Below the pieces are notes generated by a model. It did not search any database and was not told the DNA's origin. It saw nothing but the letters and a program-made list of their open reading frames with translations. A stretch of 63,895 nt of DNA, filler included, from Acetivibrio sp. (GTDB lineage: Bacteria > Bacillota > Clostridia > Acetivibrionales > Acetivibrionaceae): the NCBI RefSeq assembly GCF_035371925.1. It is 5 parts of 5 records of this genome, joined end to end, with 100 filler letters (N's around TTAATTAATTAA, not from the genome) between each part and the next. Parts side by side here need not be neighbours in the genome. Positions count along the whole stretch, not along the records: positions 43,248 to 57,471 come from NZ_DAORXT010000077.1; positions 57,572 to 63,895 come from NZ_DAORXT010000127.1; 3 more parts are not named here. The stretch is one strand, 5' to 3'. This document shows, one piece after another, positions 52,832 to 63,057 of this stretch (its first letter is position 1; the number at the start of each line of letters is the position of its first letter). The position numbers were made by a program, and so were the translations under genes.

Positions 52832-53185
52832 ATGTATATATTGGAGAATTGTGTTTTCTGCAAAATAATTAACAAGGAGTTGCCCTCAACGATTTATTAT
52901 GAAGACGACAAGGTTATTGCAATAAAGGATATAAATCCTGCTGCTCCGGTACATGTGTTGATTATTCCTAAGGAGCATATTGTTAATGTTAAAGATATTA
53001 ACGAATCCAATGCCCAAATATTGATAGACATTCATAAAGCCGCAAACAAAGTTGCAGAGGATTTGGGAATTTCGGAAGAAGGATATAGATTAATAACAAA
53101 CTGCGGAGCTGCAGCGGGGCAAACGGTTTTCCACCTTCATTACCACCTGTTGGGTGGAGTCGATATGGGTCCTAAAATTCTCTGA
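52832..53185 (+). CDS. HIT family nucleotide-binding protein
   Basis: CVFCKI, PVHVLIIPK, QTVFHLHYHLLGG. Confidence 0.95.
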   Translation: MYILENCVFCKIINKELPSTIYYEDDKVIAIKDINPAAPVHVLIIPKEHIVNVKDINESNAQILIDIHKAANKVAEDLGISEEGYRLITNCGAAAGQTVFHLHYHLLGGVDMGPKIL

Positions 53186-53362
53186 GACAACAGGTCGTTA
53201 TTGCAATAATATACCATATGTGATAATATAATCACATAAGATATTATTATTCATTTGGTATTTTTGATTGGAATATAGTGTATATTAAGTGTTGGGTTTT
53301 AAGCTTGGATCCAACATCACAATAATAAATAAAAAACCTAAAGAGTTTATAGGGGGGCAAAA

Positions 53363-54772
53363 ATGAAAAAGTTCCATAACAAACAACTTCAAAACATCAT
53401 CTGTAGTATTATCGCTATTGTTATGATTTTTGGTGTTATTGCAACAGTGGCATATGCAGAAGTGGGCGGACCGGATGCGTTTCAAAAGGTAGTATTACAG
53501 GTGATTAGCCTTTCAGAAAACCAAAGAAAAGACTTTGTTGATNNNNNNNNNNNNNNNNNNNNNNNNNNNNNNNNNNNNNNNNNNNNNNNNNNNNNNNNNN
53601 NNNNNNNNNNNNNNNNNNNNNNNNNNNNNNNNNNNNNNNNNNTTGAAGGTATAATATTGACATTTGACTTGTCAGAGATTAAAATTAATACTGCAAACTA
53701 CGCTGATTTGGCGGCCGATATCAACCGCGAAGTTACTGGTGATGCCAGTGATGTTACAGGAACGAAATTTGTTGTAGGTATGTTGTACTACCTGTCACCA
53801 CTTACTGGTCCAATGGTGTTTGATGGAGCTCAAGATTCTTACAAGATTGACTTTAATGTTCCAAATAACAATACTATGAAACGTCATCTTGACGGATTGA
53901 TAAAATTGATTAAGTCTTTGGAAAAGAGGGGAGTGACAGATTTTGAGTCCTTCCTTGCTGTAGCTGAGAATATAGTTAATGCTAATGACAATGCTCAGAT
54001 TTATAACTTCAAGAAAGAGTTACGTGTTTTGTACGGAAGAAGAGTTTACGATGGTGAACTTCCATATCCGCCAGCATCACCAACACCTACATCTGGTGGT
54101 TCAGGTGGAACAGGTGGCACACCAACACCTTCAGCAACACCGACACCTACTTCTACTTCTGAAGTTGTAGTGCCTTCACCTAGTGAAGTTCCGGCAGCTC
54201 CATTTAATGATGTTGCAGGTCACTGGGCAGAGCAGTTTATTGCAAAGTTGGCAGCTAGAAATATCGTAAGCGGTTATCCTGATGGAAGTGTAAAGCCCGA
54301 TCTTGAGATATCAAGAGCTGAAATGGCTGTAATTGTTGTTAAGTCAGTAGGACTTGAACCGGCTAAAGACATATCGTTAAAGTTTAAAGATGCAGATCAG
54401 ATACCTGCATGGGCTGCGGGTTATATACAGGCTGGAGTTGAGGCAGGTATAATCGCAGGATATGAAGATAACACATTTAGAGCATCAAGAAATCTGTCTA
54501 GAGAAGAAATGGTTGTATTAATACTGAAAGCTTATGAATTTGGAACTTCAGAGAAGGTAGATTTCAGCTTCACAGATGCGAAAGATATTGGAGATTGGTC
54601 AAAACCGTTTGTCGCAAAGGCTGTTGAATTAGAGTTTGTAGTAGGTTATCCGGATAATACGTTTAAGCCTAAGAAGAGTGTAACTAGAGCTGAAGCATTT
54701 ACAGTTCTTGTGAAGGCAATAGAGGCAAAAGAAGCAGCAAATGCTGCCAATGAGGCTGAAGCTGCTGAGTAA
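53363..54772 (+). CDS. S-layer homology (3x SLH) cell-surface protein; contains a 100-N scaffold gap at 53543-53642, so length is uncertain
   Basis: Signal peptide, P/T/G linker, VSGYPDGSVKP..ISRAE, IAGYEDNTF, VVGYPDNTFKP..VTRAE. Confidence 0.88.
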   Translation: MKKFHNKQLQNIICSIIAIVMIFGVIATVAYAEVGGPDAFQKVVLQVISLSENQRKDFVDXXXXXXXXXXXXXXXXXXXXXXXXXXXXXXXXXXEGIILTFDLSEIKINTANYADLAADINREVTGDASDVTGTKFVVGMLYYLSPLTGPMVFDGAQDSYKIDFNVPNNNTMKRHLDGLIKLIKSLEKRGVTDFESFLAVAENIVNANDNAQIYNFKKELRVLYGRRVYDGELPYPPASPTPTSGGSGGTGGTPTPSATPTPTSTSEVVVPSPSEVPAAPFNDVAGHWAEQFIAKLAARNIVSGYPDGSVKPDLEISRAEMAVIVVKSVGLEPAKDISLKFKDADQIPAWAAGYIQAGVEAGIIAGYEDNTFRASRNLSREEMVVLILKAYEFGTSEKVDFSFTDAKDIGDWSKPFVAKAVELEFVVGYPDNTFKPKKSVTRAEAFTVLVKAIEAKEAANAANEAEAAE

Positions 54773-54792
54773 GCTAATAAAATTAATGAATT

Positions 54793-54823
54793 AAAAAGGT
54801 GGAGCATAACGCTCTGCCTTTTT
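54793..54823 (+). terminator. Intrinsic terminator
   Basis: AAAAAGGTGGAGC pairs with GCTCTGCCTTTTT. Confidence 0.75.
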
Positions 54824-54933
54824 ATGTATAATAAAAATTAGAAATTGTCTTGTGGAAGTTTTAAGTAGATGTTATAATTATTTTGTAATTAAACGGAATT
54901 GCTACCAGCATAATAGAAAAGGACTGAAGTGAG

Positions 54934-55725
54934 ATGGTTGTGGATATTCATTGTCATGTTCTTGATGGGATAGATGACGGACCAAAGACGTTGGAAGAGG
55001 CCATATCATTGTGTAGAATGCTGCAAATAAGGGGTATTGACAAAGTTATTGCTACACCGCACTTTATTGGAGATTATGATTCAAAGCCGACTCCCGAAAA
55101 TATAAATGAGAAGATATCAACGCTACAGAAAGAATTGAACAAGGAAAATATCAAGCTGGAAATATATCCTGGCATGGAGGTTTTTGCAGCCAATGACACC
55201 GTTGAAAGACTGGAAGAGGGCGAGATTTTGACGTTAAATCACTCCAGATATGTGCTTATTGAGTTTTCCTTTGAGAACATTCCCAAGTATATGTCGGAGC
55301 TTTTATTTTCTATGCAGCTTAAAGGGTATATTCCAATAATTGCGCATCCAGAACGCTACAGCATACGATACAGAAAGAGCGGCATAATCAAAAAGGCCGT
55401 GGAAAACGGTGCGTTGCTTCAGATAAATTCGGGAAGCTTTATGGGTGCTCATGGCTCTGAAGTCCGGGATGAAGCAATTAGGCTTTTAACAAGTGGAATG
55501 GCCCATCTTGTAGCTACAGATGCGCATGGAGACAGAAGGCCGGTTTATTCCATATTAGAAGTCAGGGAAGCACTTATTGAAATTTGCGGAGCCGAAAATA
55601 TGAAAAAACTGCTTTATATAAACCCCCAAAGAGTTTTTGAAGATAAAGATGTGGAGCAAACAAGTTTTGTAAAAAAAAGCTTTTCATTTTTTGATATTTT
55701 TAAAAATATAGGGCTTCGCGATTAG
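54934..55725 (+). CDS. CpsB/CapC-family PHP tyrosine phosphatase
   Basis: DIHCHVL..IDDGP, IATPH, IAHPERY, VATDAH. Confidence 0.92.
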   Translation: MVVDIHCHVLDGIDDGPKTLEEAISLCRMLQIRGIDKVIATPHFIGDYDSKPTPENINEKISTLQKELNKENIKLEIYPGMEVFAANDTVERLEEGEILTLNHSRYVLIEFSFENIPKYMSELLFSMQLKGYIPIIAHPERYSIRYRKSGIIKKAVENGALLQINSGSFMGAHGSEVRDEAIRLLTSGMAHLVATDAHGDRRPVYSILEVREALIEICGAENMKKLLYINPQRVFEDKDVEQTSFVKKSFSFFDIFKNIGLRD

Positions 55726-55834
55726 CTGTGTTAAAATGTCCTAAACTCCAGGTTAAATTGACAAAATGTATAAAATCTTGTAATATAAAATTATAGACTG
55801 CTTTACATAAATATTATGTTAGGAGTTATTATAT

Positions 55835-56386
55835 ATGAATAATTTTACAGTGACTAAAACTCCAATTGAAGGACTTATAATTGTAGAACCGAAAGTTTTT
55901 GCCGACACTAGAGGAGTTTTTATAGAGAGCTACAATAAAGAGTCATTCTTAGAACTTGGGCTTACTATGGAGTTTGTTCGAGACTATCATATAAAGTCAA
56001 GAATAGGAGTATTGAGGGGTATACATTTTCAGAGAAAATTTCCTCAAGGTAGGCTCATAAGAGTAATTAGAGGAAGGGTCTATGACGTTGCTGTAGATTT
56101 AAGAAAGGACAGTCCTACTTTTGGGAAATGGTATGGAATAGAGCTTTCAGCGCAAAACAATAAGATGCTTTATATACCGGAAAGGTTCGGCCATGCTTTT
56201 TTGACTTTAGAAGACGATACTGAAGTTTTATGCAAAACTACCAATGTATATTATCCGGAATATGACTCGGGAATCATATATAATGATTTGGATTTGGAAA
56301 TAAATTGGCCTGAAATCGAAGGTGACATAGTTTTGTCAGAAAAAGATAAAAACCTGCCGGCATTTAAAAACGCAGAATTGGATTGA
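55835..56386 (+). CDS. rfbC: dTDP-4-dehydrorhamnose 3,5-epimerase
   Basis: GVLRGIHFQ, YDVAVDLRKDSPTFGKW, LSEKD. Confidence 0.92.
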   Translation: MNNFTVTKTPIEGLIIVEPKVFADTRGVFIESYNKESFLELGLTMEFVRDYHIKSRIGVLRGIHFQRKFPQGRLIRVIRGRVYDVAVDLRKDSPTFGKWYGIELSAQNNKMLYIPERFGHAFLTLEDDTEVLCKTTNVYYPEYDSGIIYNDLDLEINWPEIEGDIVLSEKDKNLPAFKNAELD

Positions 56387-56418
56387 CATTCCAACAGTTT
56401 TAAAGGAGAAGAAGTATT

Positions 56419-56967
56419 ATGAAAAAAGGGATTGTTGTCGTACTGGTAATTCTGCTGACAATAGGAGCAGGATTTGTTGTTCCTATAATGATAAACAGGG
56501 ATGTCGGCAGAGCAAACAATCAGCCAAGCAATACGGCATATACACCAGCAGGGACGCAAGAACCTCTGTCAACCCAAAAAGCTGATCAAACAGCAGCGGC
56601 GACACTAAAAATCACACCAACTCCGACTGATTATAAATTACCCGATGCTTCCGAAAAGACCGAAAACGGGGGAAAGGGGAAGGCACAGTCTTCCGGATCA
56701 AAAGCTTTGGTTAAAGGTTCTCAAGAATGGATAGACAAAAAGATAGAAGAACACAAGGATGAAATATTAGATGAAGACCTTGCCGATTTTAGAAGAATTT
56801 TTCCGAAAGTCGATATCGGCTATGTACAGAGCTTAGGAAGTGGCGGATATACCGATGAGGAAACTGAAGAGCTAAAGAATTATCTCTATAAAACTCTTGG
56901 AGCCGCAGATTATGAGAGGGCGAAAATATTATTCTACAGATATTCATATATACTTGATGAAGATTAA
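56419..56967 (+). CDS. Membrane-anchored hypothetical protein
   Basis: N-terminal TM, low-complexity linker, helical C-terminus; hairpin terminator near 56983-57009. Confidence 0.75.
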   Translation: MKKGIVVVLVILLTIGAGFVVPIMINRDVGRANNQPSNTAYTPAGTQEPLSTQKADQTAAATLKITPTPTDYKLPDASEKTENGGKGKAQSSGSKALVKGSQEWIDKKIEEHKDEILDEDLADFRRIFPKVDIGYVQSLGSGGYTDEETEELKNYLYKTLGAADYERAKILFYRYSYILDED

Positions 56968-57471
56968 TAGTAATTTTATATAAAAGCATCTACGAAATGT
57001 AGATGCTTAATTGTCGAAAGAGGTATTCTGGTAATGCTTGCGAAATCAAAGCAAATTGCAGTTTGAAAATCCTTCGATATTGTTGTGATATAAATATTGA
57101 CAAAATATTACTGGAAAGTGGTGGCATAATGTGGAAAACTAATATCTATTTAGTTCAATTCTCATTATAAGTTTAATCGAATTCATATCCGAAATATATA
57201 TTGATGGGGTAGGTGCAATGACAAATCGACCTAAACTTAGGATTGCTATGTGCCTAATAGATCTCCATATTTGTTGATAAATGATAAAATGGGTTTGAGG
57301 ACACATAAAATAGGAATTGAGGTAGCCTTCCCTAAAGTATATTGATGCAAGAGACTCAAATGTATCTATTTATTTGATAATAGCTACCTAAACTGGAACG
57401 CGTGGAAGAATTGTAATGGTGCTCTATTGACAATTAAATGCCTGCTATGTAAAATGGAAATGTTGGGGGCA

Positions 57472-57571
57472 NNNNNNNNNNNNNNNNNNNNNNNNNNNNN
57501 NNNNNNNNNNNNNNNTTAATTAATTAANNNNNNNNNNNNNNNNNNNNNNNNNNNNNNNNNNNNNNNNNNNN
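57472..57571. other. Artificial contig linker
   Basis: 100 bp of N with TTAATTAATTAA. Confidence 0.99.
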
Positions 57572-57734
57572 GGGTCATTTTCTTTCCGTTACTTCGGGGT
57601 CAATTATATACCGTCGTTGACAGATTGACATTAACATGGACAGGGCACCGTCAGGACTGGGGGCAGATACACTCCCAGTTAGAGATTTATTTTAAAGAAC
57701 GCTTGGCAGGCAGAAACCTTTAAAAACCAGTCTT

Positions 57735-57829
57735 TAAGGGCATGTTTTATTGACATGCCCTTATTTCACTGTATAATGAAGATAAGGGCAGAAACCGTGA
57801 AATACGGCACCTGCCCTTAAGTACTTAAG
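57735..57829 (+). promoter_or_regulatory. Near-consensus sigma-A promoter with paired TAAGGGCA/TGCCCTTA inverted repeats
   Basis: TTGACA (57750)-N16-TATAAT (57772); IR 57735-57763; hairpin 57783-57819; palindrome CTTAAGTACTTAAG 57816-57829. Confidence 0.65.
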
Positions 57830-57936
57830 TAAATATCAAAATCTTATCTCAGATTTTTGAGTTTACACAAAACTTGAAACAGTCTCAGTTTCCGAACGTT
57901 ACAGAAGCGCAACGCCCTTTCTAAGAGTAGGGAGAA

Positions 57937-58068
57937 TCAGGATGATTCTCCCTGTATGACCAACTTCACTATATGATCACCAATGATACACTTACCATTC
58001 TGAGCTCCATAAATCGCGCAATGATTACAGATCTTATTAATGAGCCGGGTTGCCCCTCCAGAAAAACT
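57937..58068 (-). pseudogene. C-terminal remnant of an ExeA/AAA_22-like transposon ATPase
   Basis: Minus-strand frame SFSGGATRLINKICNHCAIYGAQNGKCIIGDHIVKLVIQGESS*, resembling (from recall) the C-terminus of clostridial transposon ExeA-family ATPases. Confidence 0.7.
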
Positions 58069-58103
58069 TTACCATATGGTATAATTCTGATTCATATAAA
58101 TCA

Positions 58104-59252
58104 TTAGCTTCGATGAATGATTGCACTAAATCTTTCAGATTCCGTATCATTAATAAAATCAATCTTGTCATAGTGTTTGATAGCCCTGACAATACCACTT
58201 CCTATACCTCGGTACGGAAGTATTTTCGCAGCAAATGAAGTTATGATCGGGTTCCTAATCACAGAAATCCCATGCTTGATGTTTTCGATAGTTAAATTGT
58301 TGGGAAGTTTTCCGGGGCTTATTATTTCAATACGGTTATCAAAAATGAAAATATTGATTGGTGCCTCGATAAAATAATCTCGGTGTATTATAGCGTTAAC
58401 AACAAGCTCCTCTAAAACAATTTTGGGAATCTCCAATTCGCCTTCAGTGTTGAAGTCCTTATCATTTTGGACCTTACGCAAATTTCTGGTAATAAAACTC
58501 ATGCTGTCAGTATAAAGCTTAAGTATGTTTCCCTTGATATCTTCGCTGTCCCTGTAAGCAGTTCCTGAAAGATCATTCCCAACAAAACTTACTGCTTTTA
58601 TTATAAACATGGGTTTTTTAGTCTGCGGTTTTTTCCCAAATAGCAAAAGTCCGGCTAAAGTAAGATTATTATCTTTTGCCAGATACAGGTTTTCCAATAT
58701 CTGTTTTATGTCAATATCCAGATCTGTTACATCTTCCCCATATTCTTTTTTATAATATTCGCTAAATGAATTCTTGTCTAGATCATTAATAATCTTAGTA
58801 TCCTGCACTATAAACTCATCGGCATGATATCTTTGAGATTCCTGGAATAACCTTTGAAGCTCCTCCTGTGAAATACGTCTTTTATCTGCACCGGACTTAG
58901 TAATATATACGCCGCTGCTTGTACAATACGGTTTATTAATGCCCTGCTTGATATCAATAACAAGCAGAGTTTTATCATTAACCTTTACTGTATAGGTCAG
59001 AGGATGTATTGAAGGTTTAACCTGATCAGAAGCAACATTGGAAATCATTTGGTTCAATCTTCTTATGTCTTCAGGACTTAATCCAGTAATTTCTCCTGTA
59101 TCTTTCACTCCAATTATAATCAAGCCGCCCAAAGCATTGGAAAATGCCACCATTTCTTGAGCCAATTGTTCAGAATTAGTAACGTTTTCTTTGAACTGCG
59201 TTGTACTGTTCTCTCCCAATTCGATTCTTTCGAGAAGTTCTAGTACTTCCAT
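58104..59252 (-). CDS. Schlafen/AlbA_2 domain fused to HATPase_c_4 (RecG C-terminal-like) domain
   Basis: GENSTTQFKE..LAQEMVAFSNALGGLIIIGVKD; LEELVVNAIIHRDY..RIEIISPGKLP..RNP. Confidence 0.88.
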   Translation of the reverse strand: MEVLELLERIELGENSTTQFKENVTNSEQLAQEMVAFSNALGGLIIIGVKDTGEITGLSPEDIRRLNQMISNVASDQVKPSIHPLTYTVKVNDKTLLVIDIKQGINKPYCTSSGVYITKSGADKRRISQEELQRLFQESQRYHADEFIVQDTKIINDLDKNSFSEYYKKEYGEDVTDLDIDIKQILENLYLAKDNNLTLAGLLLFGKKPQTKKPMFIIKAVSFVGNDLSGTAYRDSEDIKGNILKLYTDSMSFITRNLRKVQNDKDFNTEGELEIPKIVLEELVVNAIIHRDYFIEAPINIFIFDNRIEIISPGKLPNNLTIENIKHGISVIRNPIITSFAAKILPYRGIGSGIVRAIKHYDKIDFINDTESERFSAIIHRS

Positions 59253-61837
59253 AGATTATATATCTCCCTCCTTCTCCTGAAAGCATCTTTCCCGCCTTCC
59301 ATGATACTTATTATTTTACTCTGTATCTCCCACATATCAATACTGCCGCCAAAGACACTGATTTTTTCTCCATATTCGCATGCAATTACCTTTTCAGCAT
59401 CACCGAGAACAGGAATGTTTGCATTGTGTGTGGCGAAAATAAATTGTACTTCAGGCTTTACCTCTTTTATCACTTTAATGACTTCTTCATAAATAGTCTG
59501 ATTATCAAGATCATCTTCAGGCTGATCTATTATTACCAAATCGTTGTCTTTTTGCGCCAAAATGAAAAGTATAAGCGCGGAAGCGCGTTGCCCTAGTGAA
59601 TGATTCATAAGCGGCTTGCCATGATATAATATTTCAATTTTATTCGGGACTTTGTAGGTTAACAAGTCACAAATGTATTCCGTAAATTTAGTAACAAAAT
59701 TGGCATATGTGGTATCCGTAATGTAACCCTTGATTTTACTGCCTTCTCTCTTAATTATGTCGAAAAACACCTCTATATAATCTATGAAATTCTCCACTAT
59801 AAAGGTATAGTGGTTTTCTCTAAGCCCGGAACCCCTGAATACTTCTTTCAGGTGCTCCCCAAAGCGTCCTCTCTCTTCCTTAAATTTGATTTCTATCTTC
59901 AAGGATTTCTGCGCATCGTTTATTTTCTTGATTTCTGCTTCATAGAGTTTGTACTCTTCCAGCCATAGGTCATTAAGCTCTGCAAGATTTCTCTTAATAG
60001 TTTCAAATAATTCCTCTCTTTTAGTTAGGTTTTTATTTACTTCCGCAAGCTTCACCTCGAGTATATTCAAGCTTCTATTTATTTTTACAAATTCATCTGC
60101 ATTAAGATTCGGGATATTGATTTCTCGTTGTATTTTGGCGAACTCTTCTTCTAAACTATTTTTCTTGTTTTTGAAATCGGCAATCTCGGCCTTGATTTTC
60201 TTTATATATTCTTCCGTTTTGCTGCCAGTCTTCTGTAATAATTCCAGTTCGCTGATTAGTTCATTAAGGTATCTAAATATCCTGTCAAATGTATTCTGGT
60301 TTTCAGCGGATTCGTACTTTGCTGCGATTTCATCTAGCTTTGCTTTATTCTCTTCATAGAATCTATAACACGCATCTTTGAATGCTGACAGGTTCTTAAG
60401 TATTTCGCTTAATTTTAAGTCATCTCTTTCAAATGCTACCTGTCTTTTAAGCTTTTCTTCAACACCCCTTTCCTTGTAAACTTTCAGTTTATGCTGAAGA
60501 TCGGCTTTCTGAGCTTCAAATTCTTTTTTCAGCTCGGCAGAATTTCTTAAATTCATCCATTGCTGAATGTTTGAAATGACCTCTGTCTTTTTACCCTCTA
60601 TCTTTTGAAGGATACCTGTCCGCGTTTTACCCATAAGCTTATCCATAAGATCAGTCTCAAATCCCTCACGGGGACTGGACAAGTCTTTTTGGCCAAAATA
60701 AAGGGGGTTTTGAATGATTGAATCTACAGAAATGTTTTTTAAGTTATGATCTTCATCGTATATCTTGACACTATGCCCATATACCCTCTCGATGCTATAG
60801 CTGTTGCCATATTTGTCAACCGCATTGATGACTACTTTCCCACCGCTGCCTAATCCATTAGCTATAATTCTATTTTTATACTGTATATCCTGTGATGTTT
60901 CGGTTAGCGGAATATCAAGGCAATATCGAATAATTTCGATTATCGTTGACTTCCCACTACCACGAATACCAATCAGATTGTTCATTTCGGGCGAAAAGCA
61001 AATGCTTTCACCGTCCAATTTACCACCTACAAAAGATACTGACTGGATATATGCTTTATTCAACGGTGGCAAAGTCTTGCTTATCCTTCCCTCGTAATCT
61101 GATAATGCGTACTTAACAGCTTTGAAATTGAAGTCCCCGATTTTTATGTATATTTTTTCTCCCTTTCCTATCTCCTCTACGCAACTTGGATCTGAGCCTT
61201 CAACAAGTGCTGGAATTCTTCCTTTAAACCACATTTTTAAATTGTCATATAACTCTCTGGTTCTTAGTTTTTGAAAACCAAGCACGTTCGTCCTGAACAA
61301 CTCATGATTACTAAGCTCTATTATTCGTCCGCCCTCTAATTCTTTGAAGAAGCCATTGTTCTGCTCAACATGCGCCATTATTATAAAGTAATCTTTTGCA
61401 AATTCATCCAAATGCTTGATTGTATCAATCAGGTTATACTTTGTCCTGATGCTTGGACTTCCATAATTCGCTTTTCCAGCAAACATCGACGCAATAAAAG
61501 CATTTATGTGATCCACACCATCTTTAAGCCAATCTTCCGGGTCAAATACTATCAATGTATGAATGCCGTTTGCTCCATCATCAACTGATAGCTCAACACC
61601 AGGGAGTAAATATATACCAAATTTTTTACCTGCTTTTGCCAACGCTTTATACTCATCCTTGTCAAACTTATTGTGATTTGTTATAACTCCCAGATTTATT
61701 TTTTCTTTTATCATCTGGTGTATATATTCTGTAATATAACTATTTTCCTCGCCTTCATATCTGAATCTTCCCTTATCAGCTCTGGTATGGAGATGGAAAT
61801 CAGCTCTAAGCCACATTGTTCCGCAATCAAAAATCAT
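59240..61837 (-). CDS. PHP phosphoesterase fused to ABC/SMC-like ATPase (Ppl-like, TrlF-type)
   Basis: WLRADFHLHT, ITNHN, GVEL..GIH (PHP); GIRGSGKST, coiled coil, SLGQR, IIDQPEDDLD, FATHN (ABC ATPase); GGAGG SD. Confidence 0.9.
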   Translation of the reverse strand: MIFDCGTMWLRADFHLHTRADKGRFRYEGEENSYITEYIHQMIKEKINLGVITNHNKFDKDEYKALAKAGKKFGIYLLPGVELSVDDGANGIHTLIVFDPEDWLKDGVDHINAFIASMFAGKANYGSPSIRTKYNLIDTIKHLDEFAKDYFIIMAHVEQNNGFFKELEGGRIIELSNHELFRTNVLGFQKLRTRELYDNLKMWFKGRIPALVEGSDPSCVEEIGKGEKIYIKIGDFNFKAVKYALSDYEGRISKTLPPLNKAYIQSVSFVGGKLDGESICFSPEMNNLIGIRGSGKSTIIEIIRYCLDIPLTETSQDIQYKNRIIANGLGSGGKVVINAVDKYGNSYSIERVYGHSVKIYDEDHNLKNISVDSIIQNPLYFGQKDLSSPREGFETDLMDKLMGKTRTGILQKIEGKKTEVISNIQQWMNLRNSAELKKEFEAQKADLQHKLKVYKERGVEEKLKRQVAFERDDLKLSEILKNLSAFKDACYRFYEENKAKLDEIAAKYESAENQNTFDRIFRYLNELISELELLQKTGSKTEEYIKKIKAEIADFKNKKNSLEEEFAKIQREINIPNLNADEFVKINRSLNILEVKLAEVNKNLTKREELFETIKRNLAELNDLWLEEYKLYEAEIKKINDAQKSLKIEIKFKEERGRFGEHLKEVFRGSGLRENHYTFIVENFIDYIEVFFDIIKREGSKIKGYITDTTYANFVTKFTEYICDLLTYKVPNKIEILYHGKPLMNHSLGQRASALILFILAQKDNDLVIIDQPEDDLDNQTIYEEVIKVIKEVKPEVQFIFATHNANIPVLGDAEKVIACEYGEKISVFGGSIDMWEIQSKIISIMEGGKDAFRRRREIYNLWKY

Positions 61838-62569
61838 TATCTATTCCTCCTCTCAACTAATATTCTACTATATAGCTAAACACAATATAGAATTCTCTTG
61901 TAAAACTTCCTGCCAATTTGACTAGTCTTTGTTAACTCCTCATTATTTTTTGATGTAATTCCCATACTCCCAGTATTATTGGAATTACTTGACACATTTT
62001 CAAAGGCTATTGTTCAATCCTCTATCTTTCATCAACCCAGTTTTCACAGATACAAGTTCCAATTAGACAGCAAATATTCCCTGGTTCTGGCTCTGTGGTA
62101 AAGCGCTAAATTCTTCACTTAGGGTCTTGAAACTAAATACCCAAATAAATTTTACCATATAACAATAACGATTACTAACAATGATACTGTCATTGCTGAA
62201 AAATAATTAAGCCTAAAAAGTGTTGCATGCATTTTCAGGACTTTTTCATGCTATCAAGAGCACACTGCGTCGATGATCTAAAGGACTCATCGTCCAAAAG
62301 ATATTTTAATACGTCATTCATAATATTTTACATAAATATATAAGACAACTAGCAAGTTCATTGATAAACTGTTCTATAGAAAAGACTATGAACGGTTGGC
62401 AGAGCATCTTGTTTCTCGACTTTTCCAAGAACATTTACAAGTAGAATTGTCCGATGAAGTCTTCCCTTATCATTGATCTTATAAATCCGTCGCTTTCGAT
62501 TCTTGAGTTTTACTGCTGGACACTACGTGCCAGCAGTAACATCTTATAAAAGTTCATGAAGTAAATAAC

Positions 62570-62905
62570 TTACACATCCTCATCTATAACCCATGTAACA
62601 AACCGTTCAATCAGCCTGAGCTTCTTCTGGTTGCACAGCTTGAGCCTTTCGTTGATTTTGCCCCGCAGTTCTTCTTCCGCGTCCGAGTATGAAACGCTGC
62701 CCAGCAGAAGGTAATCCGGGGTCGTATCGATAGCTTCACAGATCTTGAGCAATGAATCGATGCTGGGGATCGAGTAGCTGTTTTCTATATTCGAAATAAA
62801 GTTATTGCTGAGGCCTGTAGCTTCTGCCACGTCTTCCTGTGTCAGGTTGAGCACCTTGCGGCGTTTTGCGATCCTTTCTCCAAGCGCTTTATAGTCTATA
62901 CCCAT
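62570..62905 (-). CDS. XRE-family helix-turn-helix regulator
   Basis: GERIAKRRKVLNLTQEDVAEATGLSNNFISNIE..PS. Confidence 0.93.
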   Translation of the reverse strand: MGIDYKALGERIAKRRKVLNLTQEDVAEATGLSNNFISNIENSYSIPSIDSLLKICEAIDTTPDYLLLGSVSYSDAEEELRGKINERLKLCNQKKLRLIERFVTWVIDEDV

Positions 62906-63057
62906 CCATTACCACCCTGTTTTACTGTATCATTTATGATCGATTAACTTAACCAATCATAAAGGTAAATATACACTTGTAATTAGTGCTTATGTAGGTT
63001 AAAATGGATAAGTACCCTTATGGTTATAAATCTATCCAATGCCTGGTGAGAGGAATG

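Noticed and set aside
57895..57925. GAAGCGCAACGCCCTTT as a MOBQ-type oriT
   Set aside because: Weak resemblance to TAAGTGCGCCCT, no adjacent inverted repeat in the right position, and no relaxase nearby.
55835..58104. Polysaccharide genes as part of the defence island
   Set aside because: Separated by the linker at 57472-57571.
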